A stretch of DNA of 64,000 nucleotides from Lytechinus pictus (GCF_037042905.1 NC_087252.1:13580001-13644000), one strand, 5' to 3'; positions 39,108 to 52,912 are shown, counted from the stretch's first letter. Numbers and translations are program-made. Notes: a model not told the origin generated them from the letters alone.

Positions 39108-40517
39108 ATGGATACAAAAAGGGCCCCGCCTACAAGACACAACAGAATTAGAACTTACTCTGAACATTCAGACAGCGACTGGCCTCTTGCGAGATACCAA
39201 GTGACGTCAGAGGTCACGAGGGATTTTATGCCTTTTGCACTGGTCATCATTATTGCCACCGCCTTGTTCATAGCAACTACTATCGTCTACCTCCACACGA
39301 CTTCCGGTCCCGTGCTGCGCGCATCGGCCGAAAAGGCGCAAGAACTTACGCGGAGATCGCAACTGCTACAGGGTAACGACGAAGGGTATTCACGATCTAT
39401 AATATATTCATCACCGCGAGGTGACATGTGCTTCCTGAGGTCAAAGTTGACGAAGACGGGTATGCCAACGATACATTCAATTTTCGCTGATCCTGTTTCT
39501 CATAACGTTGTTATTGTCGGTGTGCGTATTCAGCACTGGGACTGGCAGAATGATTCTTTTGTGTGCGAATACGATAAAGGTCAGCGCGTATCATGCGATG
39601 CCGTTGTTAGTGACGATAGAAGCTTTGGATATAGGCCGCAGTATGTTATCATTATAACTTGTCCAATACCAGCAAGCCTTCAAGAAAGGACAAACTTTTC
39701 AGTTTCTCTCTATCGTGCTGTAGACGGCGCCTTTTCAAGAACATCTTCGTACGAGAATATAACCGTGTGCTCCTCTGGCGCCTCAAAACGACAACGCCGC
39801 ATGTTGAGCGTTTGCACGATGCTGAAGGATTCGGATGAATTCGTTCCTGATTGGGTAGCATTCCATCGACACGTCGGAGCAAATCACATCTTCATTTACG
39901 ACAACCAAGAACAAGAACTGAGCAAACTCCGAGAAACCGTAGCCAAGGAAATCGAGAATGGCTTTGTTACAGTCATACCTTGGTCCCACCAGTCAACACC
40001 TTGTAAAAATTATCTTGAAGTGCAGATCGCACACGAGAACGATTGCCTCTGGAGAAATCGCCATATATCAAAATGGATGATCAAAATCGACGTAGATGAA
40101 TACGTCCAGCCAATGAATCCGAATAAACCGCGGATCCCAGACTACCTATCTGATCCGCTGTATGACCGGGTTGGAGCTGCACGCTTACAGAACTGGTTTT
40201 TCGGTAGACCAAATACAAGCATACCGCTTGGTGGTCAGTCACTCATACAAAGAAATCAATGGAGATCCGCGGAACCCACGGAACCGAATGCATCGCACGA
40301 CAAAAATATCTTGCGACCAATCAACGTGCATTATTTCAAAATTCACGCGATGAAGCTTGGAGGTTCTGCCGTTACACTAGACCCCTGGAGGGAGCTGCGT
40401 CTAGTGCATTATCGGGGAGACAATCCGAGGAAGCTCAACTTCAAACTGCCGGATTTCAGCGTTCAAGATAGCAGTATGTCGGATACCATGGATTTAATTG
40501 CGAAACAGAAGCTTTAA
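39108..40517 (+). CDS. Glycosyltransferase family 92 (DUF23) type II membrane protein, 469 aa, single coding exon; paralog of 31215-32585
   Basis: Good start context (gcaccATGg), TM segment FALVIIIATALFIATTIVYL and the same GT92 motifs including WMIKIDVDEY. Acceptor ttttcaatatacag| at 38986 suggests a 5' UTR intron. Confidence 0.92.
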   Translation: MDTKRAPPTRHNRIRTYSEHSDSDWPLARYQVTSEVTRDFMPFALVIIIATALFIATTIVYLHTTSGPVLRASAEKAQELTRRSQLLQGNDEGYSRSIIYSSPRGDMCFLRSKLTKTGMPTIHSIFADPVSHNVVIVGVRIQHWDWQNDSFVCEYDKGQRVSCDAVVSDDRSFGYRPQYVIIITCPIPASLQERTNFSVSLYRAVDGAFSRTSSYENITVCSSGASKRQRRMLSVCTMLKDSDEFVPDWVAFHRHVGANHIFIYDNQEQELSKLRETVAKEIENGFVTVIPWSHQSTPCKNYLEVQIAHENDCLWRNRHISKWMIKIDVDEYVQPMNPNKPRIPDYLSDPLYDRVGAARLQNWFFGRPNTSIPLGGQSLIQRNQWRSAEPTEPNASHDKNILRPINVHYFKIHAMKLGGSAVTLDPWRELRLVHYRGDNPRKLNFKLPDFSVQDSSMSDTMDLIAKQKL

Positions 40518-41150
40518 GGTCAAGTCCACCCCATCGATAAGTTAGCCCTACATTAAGCAAAGAAATCAGATAACATAATAGGCACATAGTATATCGCTAC
40601 ATTTCTTCAAAGTCGGATGTGGAATACTAACGAAAGTATGACATTCTTATTTCATATCCGATTGCGATTTCTGCTTATTAGATTTTCTTTATATATCAAA
40701 GTTAACTTTTGTTGGGGTGGACTTTAGCCTAAATAAGCGATGGTATGATGATGTAATTAACGAAATGAAATTATGTGTGCAACCTGCAACAACAATGATA
40801 ATATTAATACTAGCTGGACTTTTTTATAGCGCTTTTTAACTGAGGGTACAAAGCACTTGCTATTATTACCCCGGCTTTAGCTCGAGCTACCGTCACCAGC
40901 GCTCAGAGCATGCAAGGAATTAATCAATGTGACGTAAATGGTTCCTTTTATTTATTCTTGTAAACATTAATATTGAGTCAGCTCATCAAGACTAATAACT
41001 TCATCCTGGTGAGAACAGTTAGGTGAATTTAACCGCGTGAACCCTTCAAACAGCTGAATACGGCCCTGGATCCGGACCGGTATGACAGTTCATCAAATGA
41101 CTTTGGCGTCATCCATCGTATTGACGACCGACTGTCTGTTGAGTATAACA

Positions 41151-41377
41151 GGATCCCGTCTTACAAAGAGTTGAAATTGATCTGATCAACAGCAACTATG
41201 GAAAGCCAGCAACACCAACATCTAAAATGCATATTTTTTCAAAATTCATTTTCTTTGGTTTCTATTTGCTTACAATAGACATTAAACAAATTTCCTGTAA
41301 TAAAATTATGGCATTGATGGATTTCCATATAATTAGGGTTGATTTAACCAATCGTAATTCTTTGTAAGACGGGTCCC
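41151..41377. mobile_element. Harbinger-like MITE, copy 2
   Basis: TIRs cccgtcttacaaagag / tctttgtaagacggg. Confidence 0.7.
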
Positions 41378-41600
41378 TGGATTAGAAGCCGCACACTAGG
41401 CACTACACTGACTGCGAATTAGTGCATGGTCGCCCCAGAACACACACACACGCATGCACACACACTTTCGACTCGGCCCTCGTCTGCTGTGCAAACCCTT
41501 CACTCGAGTTAAGGGTCTGAATGTGCAGCCTACTCATGCCTTGTGTACTGAGAATAGAAACAGCAAGTTTTGTATGTGCTAGTCTTTGCGTGGAGACACA

Positions 41601-41840
41601 CACTGCAAACCCCGGTGTTGATTTAACACCAGCCCGGAATCTATATATGTCCACACCAGAGAAGTATTGAAACAACACCAGTTTGGAATCAAACCGATGC
41701 TGTTTTAATACTAATTGGTGTTGTATAAACACCTATCTGGTGTTAGACCAAAACGAAACTGGTGTTGTTTAACACTTCTTTGGTTTGGACATATATAGAT
41801 TCCGGGCTGGTGTTATATCAACACCAGAGTTTTTGCAGTG
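41601..41840. mobile_element. CACT..AGTG palindromic MITE (EnSpm-like)
   Basis: cactgcaaa...tttgcagtg with a 2-bp CA TSD and aacacc/ggtgtt subrepeats. Relatives at 42691-42934 and 47223-47461. Confidence 0.8.
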
Positions 41841-42690
41841 CACTTACTGATCAAAGTTTCAATCAGGGTCTATGCCTGCAGACTAGCTCGGCCTCTCCCA
41901 TTTTCAAACCGTTCCACAGCCCCTGGTAAAAAGATGAGCAGATGATCAAGGCAGGTTATAGTAAGTCAATAAACCTTTTTTTTTATTTGTATGTTCTTAT
42001 ATTTACATCATCACTGTTCACTTGTTCAGTAGATTATATAGAGTAAATGATTTAACATGTACAATAATTGATATTTGATCAGAAAACATGTGCCTACACA
42101 TTGCAAGACAACTGAGAGAAAAAGAAAATGCAATGAAGTGAAAGTTCGGTTTACATAATTATCCGGAATATTCATTATAACCCTCAATTAATTTTCTTTT
42201 TACAATTCCGAAAGCATTCTGCACCTTATCAGATAGGTCTCTTTACAAAAGGTAACTTCTTTTACTAGAAATTTCAAGACTTTCTTTGAAATTTAAACAT
42301 TTTTTCAAGCTGTAACACAATGATAAACTATGACGATGTTTATATCATGCGGTTCACATTCTTTTGTCCATTTTTTAAAATGACAATTTACGACAAGGTT
42401 CATTTTGTTTAAAGTAATTGAAGTTGAGCATTGTTCAAGGTTTCCATATAAAATTGTGTTATTTTTGTTTTATCAAATGTGACTAGCCACTCCAAAACCA
42501 ATACTAAATCGCCAGGGAAGGTTATCTGTAAATGTATCAAACAATGATTCAGTCTTTAAAAGTCTTTAAAAATGTGAAAATGAGCTTATCTCTAAGAGTA
42601 ACTCTTCTTTTTCATACTGTCAAAAATGAAGTTGCAAAGTTTAATAACGAGCTATAGGAGTTTTTAAAACCCATTTGTTTCCCCCAGATA

Positions 42691-42934
42691 CACTGCAAAA
42701 AAGCCGGTGTTAATTTAACACCAGCCTGGCATATATATATCGGTCCACACCAGAGAGATGTTGAAACAACAAGGGATTGGTGTAAGGCTAACACCAATTT
42801 GGCATTTAAGCAACACCAATTAGTGTTAAACCAATATCAGTTTGATTTTTAACTGGTGTTGTTTCAACTCTTCTCTGGTGTGGGCCGATATAGATACCCG
42901 GCTGGTGTTAAATCAACACCGGGATTTTGAAGTG
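42691..42934. mobile_element. CACT..AGTG palindromic MITE
   Basis: Inverted arms cactgcaaaaaagccggtgtt / aacaccgggattttgaagtg. Confidence 0.7.
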
Positions 42935-43564
42935 TCTCACGGAAGTATGATAAAGATTGCACAGTGTGCACGTCTCGTCTCATGCTTGAATGAACCCCAA
43001 GTTTTATACCTTGTTTCTCTTCATTCTTTAAAAATCTCACCGAATTTCTTCTACATTCAATAAAATACTAATTTTGCTCTTGATAAATTTTGGGAAGTAC
43101 TAAATCATTTTAAAGCTTAGAACGTGCTTTATCAAGCTCAATAAATATCTCAAAATTAGTTTTAGGCGAATTATTTTTGGATTTGGGGTAGCATGTCGCA
43201 ATTGATTTTTTAACCAAGCAATATTCAGGGCATTATTTTGTATTACAAAATTATTCGTGTCTAGTATCCCGCCTAATTTCAGTCTTACATTATCATATTT
43301 GTAATGACAAATTTATTTCGCCCTTTCCATTTGAAGTTGAACGTATTTTGTTTTATTTTGTATTAACTTAATCATGTTAATTGGGCAATAAATTAAATTA
43401 TCAAATTATATTTTATGAATGATATCTAGTTTAATAAATATTTCAATACAGTACCATTACAAAACTGTTACATTTGGCATTATTCTAGTAAGTTAACCTT
43501 GGTTAATTTCGCCCCTACTTTTTTTATAATTCCATTGACATTCAGCCCGATTTTGAAGCGGTGA

Positions 43565-43659
43565 TCATCTTTGTAAACCGGGAAGGAATGAACCCGGGGA
43601 TTTGAGACTCTCCTCGAGCAAGGCACCTGACTTCATCACGTGGTGGAGCGCACTAAATG
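43565..43659 (-). CDS. Terminal coding exon of the Cbl-TKB-like gene
   Basis: Long polypyrimidine tract then catacag| in phase 1. Encodes FSALHHVMKSGALLEESLKSPGSFLPGLQR*. Confidence 0.7.
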
Positions 43660-46600
43660 CTGTATGAAAGGAAAGAGGGGAACAGAGAATGGAGAGGGGA
43701 AAAAACATGAGTGTCAAAATTACACAACCGCTATACGTGAATAAGAAAATAAAGTTCACTGAAAATAAAATACATAAGGAAGAGAATTTAAAAAAATTTG
43801 AGTGTTTCAGTCTTACAAATGGAAAAACGACAGAGCAAGACAAACAAAGCAGTGGATATAAGATGAATAGATTGTAAGGAAAGAGAAGAAAAGAGAAAAT
43901 AAAGAAAGTAGCAAACATACAAAGAGAGAAAGAAAGGATAAAAAGAAAGATATGGTTTATGGGAAGGAACACTCTAAAACATTAAATGTTAAATCAACAT
44001 TTGAAAGGTTGGAGGAAATACAACCTTTAGTTACCCCCTCCCCCCCTCCAAAACCACATTCACTTTAAAAATTTAAATTTTAAATCAACATTTGAAAGGT
44101 TAAAAGGTTGGAGGTGTGACCACCCTTTCTAAATGTTGAATTTACCACTGAATCCAACACTTAAATTGTTGGATTCAGCTTTATTCAAAATTAGATATAG
44201 CATCAAATGGGTAGATGAAGGAACAAATTATCAATATACAATTACAAATAGAAAAGGGAAGGCGGTGTGGAAATAATGGGATGTTTGGTGCTCCTAAACG
44301 CGAGAAACGTACACTCTTAAAAATGTTGGGCAACATACGGTCCACACAACAATTGGTTAAAACTTTATCCAATTCTGGGTAGTTTTACACCAATACTGTG
44401 TAGTTTTCACCCAAAGCACACATTATTGGTGTAAAACTACCCAGAATTGGATAAAGTTTTAACCAATTGTTGTGTGGACCGTATGTTGCCCAACATTTTT
44501 AAGAGTGTAGCTAAAAGTAAGATATAGGCTGATAATTAATGGCTATAAAATAGCTTTTCGGGTCAAAACGGTCAATGTGTGAATAGCAATTGACCACACG
44601 GTCAACATTGTAAGTATAAGTGGAGGAGGAAAAAAATGCTGCAAATTTATTTTATACTACCTCGGAAAGCACAAAAGCTAATTGCAAATGGTTTGTTTAA
44701 CCTTTTGAATGATTACTTTTCCGAGGAACTCCTTTGAAGCACCATGACAAATATCATAAAAACGATATAACTTGAAAAAAGAAGGGTACGTGTACCAACT
44801 TATTCATTTATCGTATTACAGTACTCTTGAGAGTCATTGTGATACCAGCTTGTCTGATCTTTGAAAGGGTGTATATGTGGGTGTAAATTCGAGTGTGTGG
44901 TGTTTTTTCAATAAGAATATAACGCCAAATTACTACTTCTTAATATCACAAATAAAACCTTCTCGGATTTCTAGATAGTACAAAGTAAGTGTCATATTTC
45001 TAAATTGGAAAATGGTATTTGGAGACAGCCCTTTTGGTTTGCACTCTTGTTCACTGTTAAAACAAATTTCACGCAAAAAAAATGTGCACCCGGTTGCCCC
45101 TTAACCTTGTTAATAGTTTTTTGGGGGTCATAGTGTCCCAAGAAAGTCCCAGGCCCCGTCTTACAAAGAGTTGCGATTGATCCAATCAATTGCAAATATG
45201 GAAAGCCAGCAATATCAGCATATAAAATGCATGTTTATATTTTTTTAAATTCTAGATATGAAGGCATATCCATAAATTCATTGATTTCTTGACAATTTGG
45301 TTTGATCTCCTTTGTTTGCAATTGACATTTTTCAAATTTCCTGCAGAAAAAAGTTATGACAATGATGGATTCCTGTAGAGTTACGATTGATTGGATCAAT
45401 CGCTATTATTTGTAGGACGGGGCCCCGGACAATCCTCGATCTGCCCTGATTGCAATTTTCTGTTATTTTGACAAAGATATGCCTGGCTATGTGGGACAAA
45501 GGCATAAAAAGATAGATGCATTTGATAGGTTTTAAATGGTACAGGTGAGCTTTTAAACATTAGCTTCGGATTTTCATTATTCGAAAATATATTTCCCATA
45601 GATATTACGAATTGATTAAGACATCTAAGTCCTTAACTTAAATCTTCAAATATCAGAGAAATAAGAACCGGAAGTTCAGACAGAATGATATCATTTATTC
45701 TCCAACAGGCTTAAATTAATCGTAATGATTCCCGCTTCTTTAAACTTCAAGGTCTGATTTCATTAAATTTGTATAATAAAAAAAACATGCAATTACAGTT
45801 AAAAGCTACTGAAGTCCTTATTATGCTTGGATGACTGTAAGCATATCATAGAAATTTATTATTACGTTATTTATTATATTTGTTATCACAAACAGATTTT
45901 TTTAATGAAATGGTGACAAGACTATTACCTTTTTGGCTATTCAGTACCGCTTTCTTCTCTCTTCGCGGGCTGAGATCATCACCACTAAATCGCCTTCTGA
46001 TATCACCTCCTTGTCTTGGGCTTATAATTCCCTTGACATCTGATGATTAGCAAAACACAATATTAGGCAATGCATTATGCCATCCGTGATTATATGCTTA
46101 CCCGTGGAATTATATACCGAGTGTTCATGAGGACAATAATTAAGACTATTGCCCGGAAGTGGTAGTAGGCTTATAATTTCAAGGTCATTAAATGGTAAAA
46201 GCTTTTACTTCATTTCATTTCGTTTCATTTACCGACTACTTTAAGCAGGGCAGTAGGATACAAAACATACTTAAGGCTTTGAGAAATTATTATGATAATT
46301 ATTTATCTGAGCTTCGTCTCGCAATTACTATATTCCCTGATGGGCGAAGGAAATATAACCAGCTACGAAAATCGAAGAAATTTAACAAATCTATTTATTT
46401 ATTTAGACGAGTAAAACATACAAAGTAAAAAGTTACATTCATTCCATTCTATAGTGATAGCAATCGAGGAACTATGCGTGGTTAGAATTAAACTGATCTT
46501 ACTTGTACAGATGAGTTCATGATGAACGATGACGTCACGCCGATGGACCTCCTCCTTCCAGGGACTGCTATCGACTGAGTAGACGAACGACACACAGAGA

Positions 46601-49600
46601 CGGCTGGGATTGGTACAGCTGTAACGGAGCAAGAATGTCCCTGGAAGGCGCCCTCTCAGAAGGGCCTCAGCGTCGTCTTTGGGTATGTCACCGTGAAAGA
46701 ACCTCCATTAATGCAAGGGTATAATATCAATACACGAGTTAAAAAGGCTAGGGTAATTCCCAAATGCATTCAATGTAAACAACCGGCCAGAGCTGCTTAA
46801 AGGCATAGACTACCAATGATTTTGACTCTCAAAATCTGAGCTGCAAGGTTCCACGTTTCACATGGGTCATCACATTATTAATGACTCAAAGACGCGATTA
46901 AAAAACGGTTTGCGTTGTACTTACAGCCTTCCATTCTCAATAATGGTTGTCTAAGGGAGTTTTAATACATGTATCAATACACATGTTTAATCTTGGTTTG
47001 AGAGTTTCTTTTTTTTAATCTGCTGTTCACAAAGCGAGCCAATGCCTTTATTTAATTTTGGTGTCTATCTGATCAATCATATAGCAAATGGGAAGGATCG
47101 TGATGTGGGTTTTGGCTAAGAATACCGAATTCGAGGATTAAATTTGCCCACCCCCCCCCCCTTCTTCATGTAATATATCACGTTTTCACCGAGTGCAGTT
47201 TGTGAACAGTTTAATACAAGTACACTGTAAAAACTGTGGTGTTAAAACTGACACCAGTGGGTGTTAATAGAGGACCACACCCTCTGGTGTTAAAATTACA
47301 CCCTATAGATTGAATATAACACCAAATAGTGTACATGTTACAACCAAAGGTGTTGCAATAACACCTATAGGTGCTAAACTAACACTGTCAATTTAACACC
47401 GGTGTAAAATAACTGGTGTGGTCCTCTATGTACACCGGTTAACACCGCAGTTTTTGCTGTGTAATTGATTAGGTAAAAAAGGTAAATGTGAATTCATTGT
47501 CTCACCTGTAAAGACGATCCACCTGAAAGAGAAAAAACGAAAAAGTGGATAAGGAGATTTGCAAGAGAGGAATATACAATATAATATATAACACCGACAA
47601 TCATTTCCCATAACTTGTTGAAGGACAATTCGTATCGTACTCGTTGGTGATAAACACGAAACACTGATCCTATGGTGCATATCTGAACAGTAAAGACCTA
47701 GTAATTACACAGGGAGGTTTCATTTGATTGAGGATAAATATTTCTTTCGTACAATCATGGACCTATTCCATGGTACAATCGGCACTAATAGGAGTTTATG
47801 TGTGGGGGTGTGAGGGTGCGTTTATGGGGTGTGTGAGGGTGTGTGTTGTTTTTCAGTGTGTGCGTGTGTGTGTGTGGTTGCACGCAGATGGGAGGTCGTG
47901 ATGGTCATGTTACATGATTATGTTGACAATGGTGATGGTGAAGATGAGATGATTGATAATGACAGTGAAGATGCTGGTGATGATTATGGTGGCGATGATG
48001 GCAGTGGTGAGGTGGTGTTGGAGAGATAATTATTACGATCATAAATAGTGATGATGATGGTGATGATAAAGATGATGATGATGATGATGATAATGATGAT
48101 AGTGATTAAGATGATTACATTGGTACTGTGGATACTGCATGACGAGAATCGACATGTAAATGACAATACCTCTCTGAACCAGTTTTCCACTTTGATCTTC
48201 AACCAGGCTGAGCTTGAAACATCAGAATGATTGCTGAGTACTGACGTAATGCTTTCATTACCGTTCTCATTCTTGGGAGACAACCCGAGGTGTGGCGATG
48301 TCAAGGAGTCATTGCTCGAGGTCCGCCTCCTTGCGTCGAGTGCCCTGATTGGTTCGTTTGAGTCTCCTTGTGGTATCGCGTCTCTCAAGTGACCAATCCT
48401 GATCTGGCTCTTAAGGAACTGGGAAACGTTGATGGCAGACCCCATGAGCAGTTTGTCATGAGCTGTTTGCACGTTGTTTGCGTCAACAATTTTGACAAAC
48501 CGATCGAAATTTAGAGGGTCCACATAGTCACCTTAGCCGAAAAAGAAGGTAAGACGGAAAGGGTGTTAGAAATAAAAGTCACCTATTGTTGAAACCTTTT
48601 TTCACTTGTTACATTTATTGCTCGTCAGACATTTCAGAGGTGGTGGCTCATTACTCTACACTGGTAGACAATAAGAGGAGAAATCCTGTAGTAATTCATC
48701 AAATAAATCTAAAGGTGTAATTCTTTAAAATTTGGCTATACTAGTTATTTTGAATTATCATCCACGTGAATAACCAGATGAAGTCCGTACTTATCGATGA
48801 TGGCAGGGTCTTTGCCACAGGGGACAGGGAATGAGATTATGCACTCCTAAGATTTTTCAGGAAATGACAAAAGGAGAAAAAAAGGAAAGGGAGAGCTATA
48901 CGGAAGAAAGATGGAAAAAGAGGATAAAGTAGAGGTTTGAATCGAGTAACACTACACCCCTGTAATTAAACAAAATATGACGTCATCTTTAGAATGTCTT
49001 GCCCCCCATCAAGAAATCCCGGCTCCGACCCTGGATGACAGAGTTCGAAAGCCATCTTAAATTGGAAAACTGAGGGGCCGTAGGATTGGTCACCTTAATC
49101 ATACTCACAAGTAAAGAAAGAGCCAAGTCTTTCAAGAGGGCATCTTGGTTCCCTACCGATGATGGCGCTTATTTTCTCATAGAATTCAGCCAATTCAATC
49201 TGTGATACCAATAAAGGATAGGAGAAATGTGAAATAGATTCGAACCGCGTTTAAGGCCCCTTTGTCCATATAACATGTCAAAAATAATTGAATTCAGGAA
49301 TAAAAATACGTAGAACTATTTCGACTTTTTATTTCACATTTATCCCTGTTTTCATTTTATTTTTTTTGTTTATCTGTTTCATTTATTTATAATTTATTCA
49401 TATATTCATTCATTTATTTGTTCACTAATTCATTAATTTTTCTTTATATTTGGGGGTAGGGTAATAATATGGTAGAGGCGACAGTTAATCGGATTTTACC
49501 CCTCGCGTGATCCGTCCCATAAAGATTTAATAATAGTAATACTGGTTATGCAACATTGGACCTTTCTCATAAATACGATACTCCTAGGGTGAGAACCAAC

Positions 49601-52600
49601 AAAAAATATGCAGCATAAAAATGATAAAGAGATACGATTGATATTTGCAACTGATAATCCGTTTCTTTTTTTTTTGATTTTTTTTTTGATTTTTCGTAAA
49701 CATTTTGCCATCGAATTACAATTACGATCGATGATTAGTTGCACAATTGATTGCATCTTTTATGGAACAGGACCCAAGTCTTTTGTTAAAAATATATAGT
49801 AATTTATATTTTTAACTCACCTCTTCTCTGTCATCAAAAATCATTTCCCAGAAGTTTTTCACTGAAATTTAAAAGAATAACATAAGAGGATTTATCATCT
49901 ACATTAAAAAAAAAATAATTCGTATAAATATCTGTTGGTGAATGAGTATGAGCGATGAAAATAATTAGACCTATGTTATTTTAATGAAAATATAACTTTG
50001 TGAAAGATTTTTATATTTTCAAACCTTTTCATTTTACTTTCTTTCCCTTTCCTTCTATTTCCTTTATTTAATTATTGTTAAATTTTTAGCATCCATTTCC
50101 CCCAATCCTTCCCCAATCTATACACGATATAAGTGAACATTGTTAATTTTCCTTTGGGAGTAGGTAGACTAGTTAATATGCACAGTTATTTGTTCTTGGA
50201 GATGAAATAATCATCAACACGAACACCCGCTGCACTTTACAGTTACCAAATATGTGTAATGTTTTATCTTGTTTAAGGTGAAAATTGTGGCCTTGTCCTT
50301 AAAAAGGTACAAATTGAACAAGGCCTACATCTTCATTTCTAAGGTAGTTTCACTGCAATATTTTCCTTCGTCTTTCGCTCAAGAATTTAGGCAGGGTAAT
50401 CTCTGATAAACAAAGGAGAGAGTGAAGGGGAAGGGGAGGGTCGGGATGAGGGGGGTCGTGAGGGTTTGGACATGTTGGAGGAGAGGGTGTGTGTATACGA
50501 TTAGGCCTATACCTTCTTCTGTATCTACGTGTGATAATCTCGTGTTTGCTCTTCGTTTGTCGTTTGTCGACAGCTCAGCAGACAATCCCTTTAAACACAA
50601 AATAATAGAATTAAAAATACTAAGTAACAACAACGAAATATAATTCGACTCTTCCCTTTCGCCCTTGTTCATGATAGTATGTAAAAGATGTGCTTAATGT
50701 TTTCTTGCCTTTATCTGTATATCAAAATGTACGAAACAATTTGTAAATGTTGGAAATGGAAAATAAACGAAATGAAAAATAAAAACGAAATAATTCATTT
50801 TGTGTCAAAGAAAAACATTACATATTATGCCTATGATGTGCTGTACAGGACGTCTAACTTACAGCTCAGTATAAATATTGGATTCATTTCATGACTGAAT
50901 CATCATTGCTTCCACAGATTGAGCGATGCAATTAATAACGAGTCTAAGCTTGGCCATTTTGCATTCAAATATGATTATTTATTATTATATCCTGAATAAA
51001 TATCTGCAATGCAACGTATTAAAAAGATAAAAGTTTTACAAAGCTATCAGTAGATCGCTATTTTTTCTTGTTTTATCGATATGATGGAGCATCGCATACA
51101 ATCAATTATATCCTACAAAAATTTGTACGACAATAAACAAATATCATCAATTTAATTTGGAGGACAGTTTACGTTTTTTGACAATATCGTTCATATAAAT
51201 CTATCTAGTAATGATCAAATATGCATAGCGCTTTACACGTGAAGTCTCATTGCAATTTTAAAGAATTATATTACCTTAAGTTATTAAGTTAAACTGTAAG
51301 CTGTGAAACCAATAAACAGTATCTAATTCAAATAAAGTACTGAAATTTTACCTTGGCGACACGGTTCAGATCTCTTAACCTTGTTTTAACCTGAAGAGCT
51401 AAAGTGCTATCCGGAAGAAGAAAACTCTCTCTACTGGCATCACTCGTTGCCATGGTGAATGTATGTCTGCCAATATCGCATATGATGGGTGGGAGCTGTT
51501 CCAACATCTGGCGAGAGGCTAAGAAATATATGAAAAGAGAGGAGATGGATAAGTGATAAATGATTAACAATAAAACGCGCTCACCCGAGGAAATGATGAT
51601 AAACATTTTCATAATGAATGAATGTCATTATTGAGGGGTCCACACTATACAAGCATTTGCTTTTTAGTGGATCCTTCCATTTTCTCAGATCAATATGTTT
51701 ATGGTAATTTGCTTATATGAAATATTTTGTTTTACTTATGGAAAAAATATGTATTGTACCTACCTCAATTTATATTGTTTGTAAAAGTTTCATTTGCAAT
51801 TGCCATTTTAATAATATACGTCCACTCTTAGAATTGCAATGAATTTAATCATTCGGTAGTTAATTGAATCGAATCAAATTTATTTACTCATACCTTTCGA
51901 CATATCGCTCTCTACTTTAAGGCACTTGACTCCATCCCCGAGGCTCTGGCGGAGGATTTGAAGACTTGTCTCTAATGATTTGACAAACTCGGGTAGAGCA
52001 GTCTCTAACTCTCCATACAACGACCAAGCTGAGTCGATTAGACCCTGTGCTGCCTGAAGTACCCCGCCGCTGTCCCGTCTGATGCTTTGGTTAGGCGGAT
52101 GACAAAGAAAATCAGCCATCGTAGAAAAATCGAAAATCCTCTCTGTGAAAAATTAAAGAAGGACCGGTTGTCTTTAAACACCGCAAGTAGAGTCTTCCAA
52201 AATAGCTCCCCTCCACAAATGCTTTAAAACGTGTAGTAAAACCTGTTCAAAGAGACCGATTTTATTTGTCCACTGTCCGGTGGTATATGTGGCCGTTTCA
52301 TAAAAATTGTTACCATTACAAATCTGTAATAATAGTTTACAGCAATAAAATATTGAAATAATTCAATATGATTGGCTGAAAATAAACTTAATGTAAATTT
52401 CAAATTGTCTTATCATCAGAGCGACTAAAAATCTATAGCTTTTGAGACAGAAAACAATAAAATTTATGAAAAATGGACCTAACCCCTTTTGACAAATGAA
52501 CTCTTCAGAAGAGTTTTTTAATTCTCCCATATTGCAACATTCTTATGCGAAACTAAATTTTCATGATACCCTACCATGTGAACATAAAATTGGGTATAAA

Positions 52601-52873
52601 AGAAATCTCCCTGTCTTCATATTCTTTTAAATATTCTTTTCCAAACAATTTCTTTGTGGACCTATTAAACCCCTTTTGCAACAAAACTGAAATGGACCTA
52701 ACCCCTTTAAAAAAAAAGGGATTTTTCTTTGCCATTTTTGCTCACTTTTTAATGGGAATTTCAACTTTTCTTTGGTATCGTCTTACAGAGCTACTAGAAA
52801 TCTATACATTGAGACAAAAAAACAATCTAATTTGATGAAAAATGCACATAACCCCTTAGGCAACTAAGCTCTT

Positions 52874-52912
<39 letters not shown>

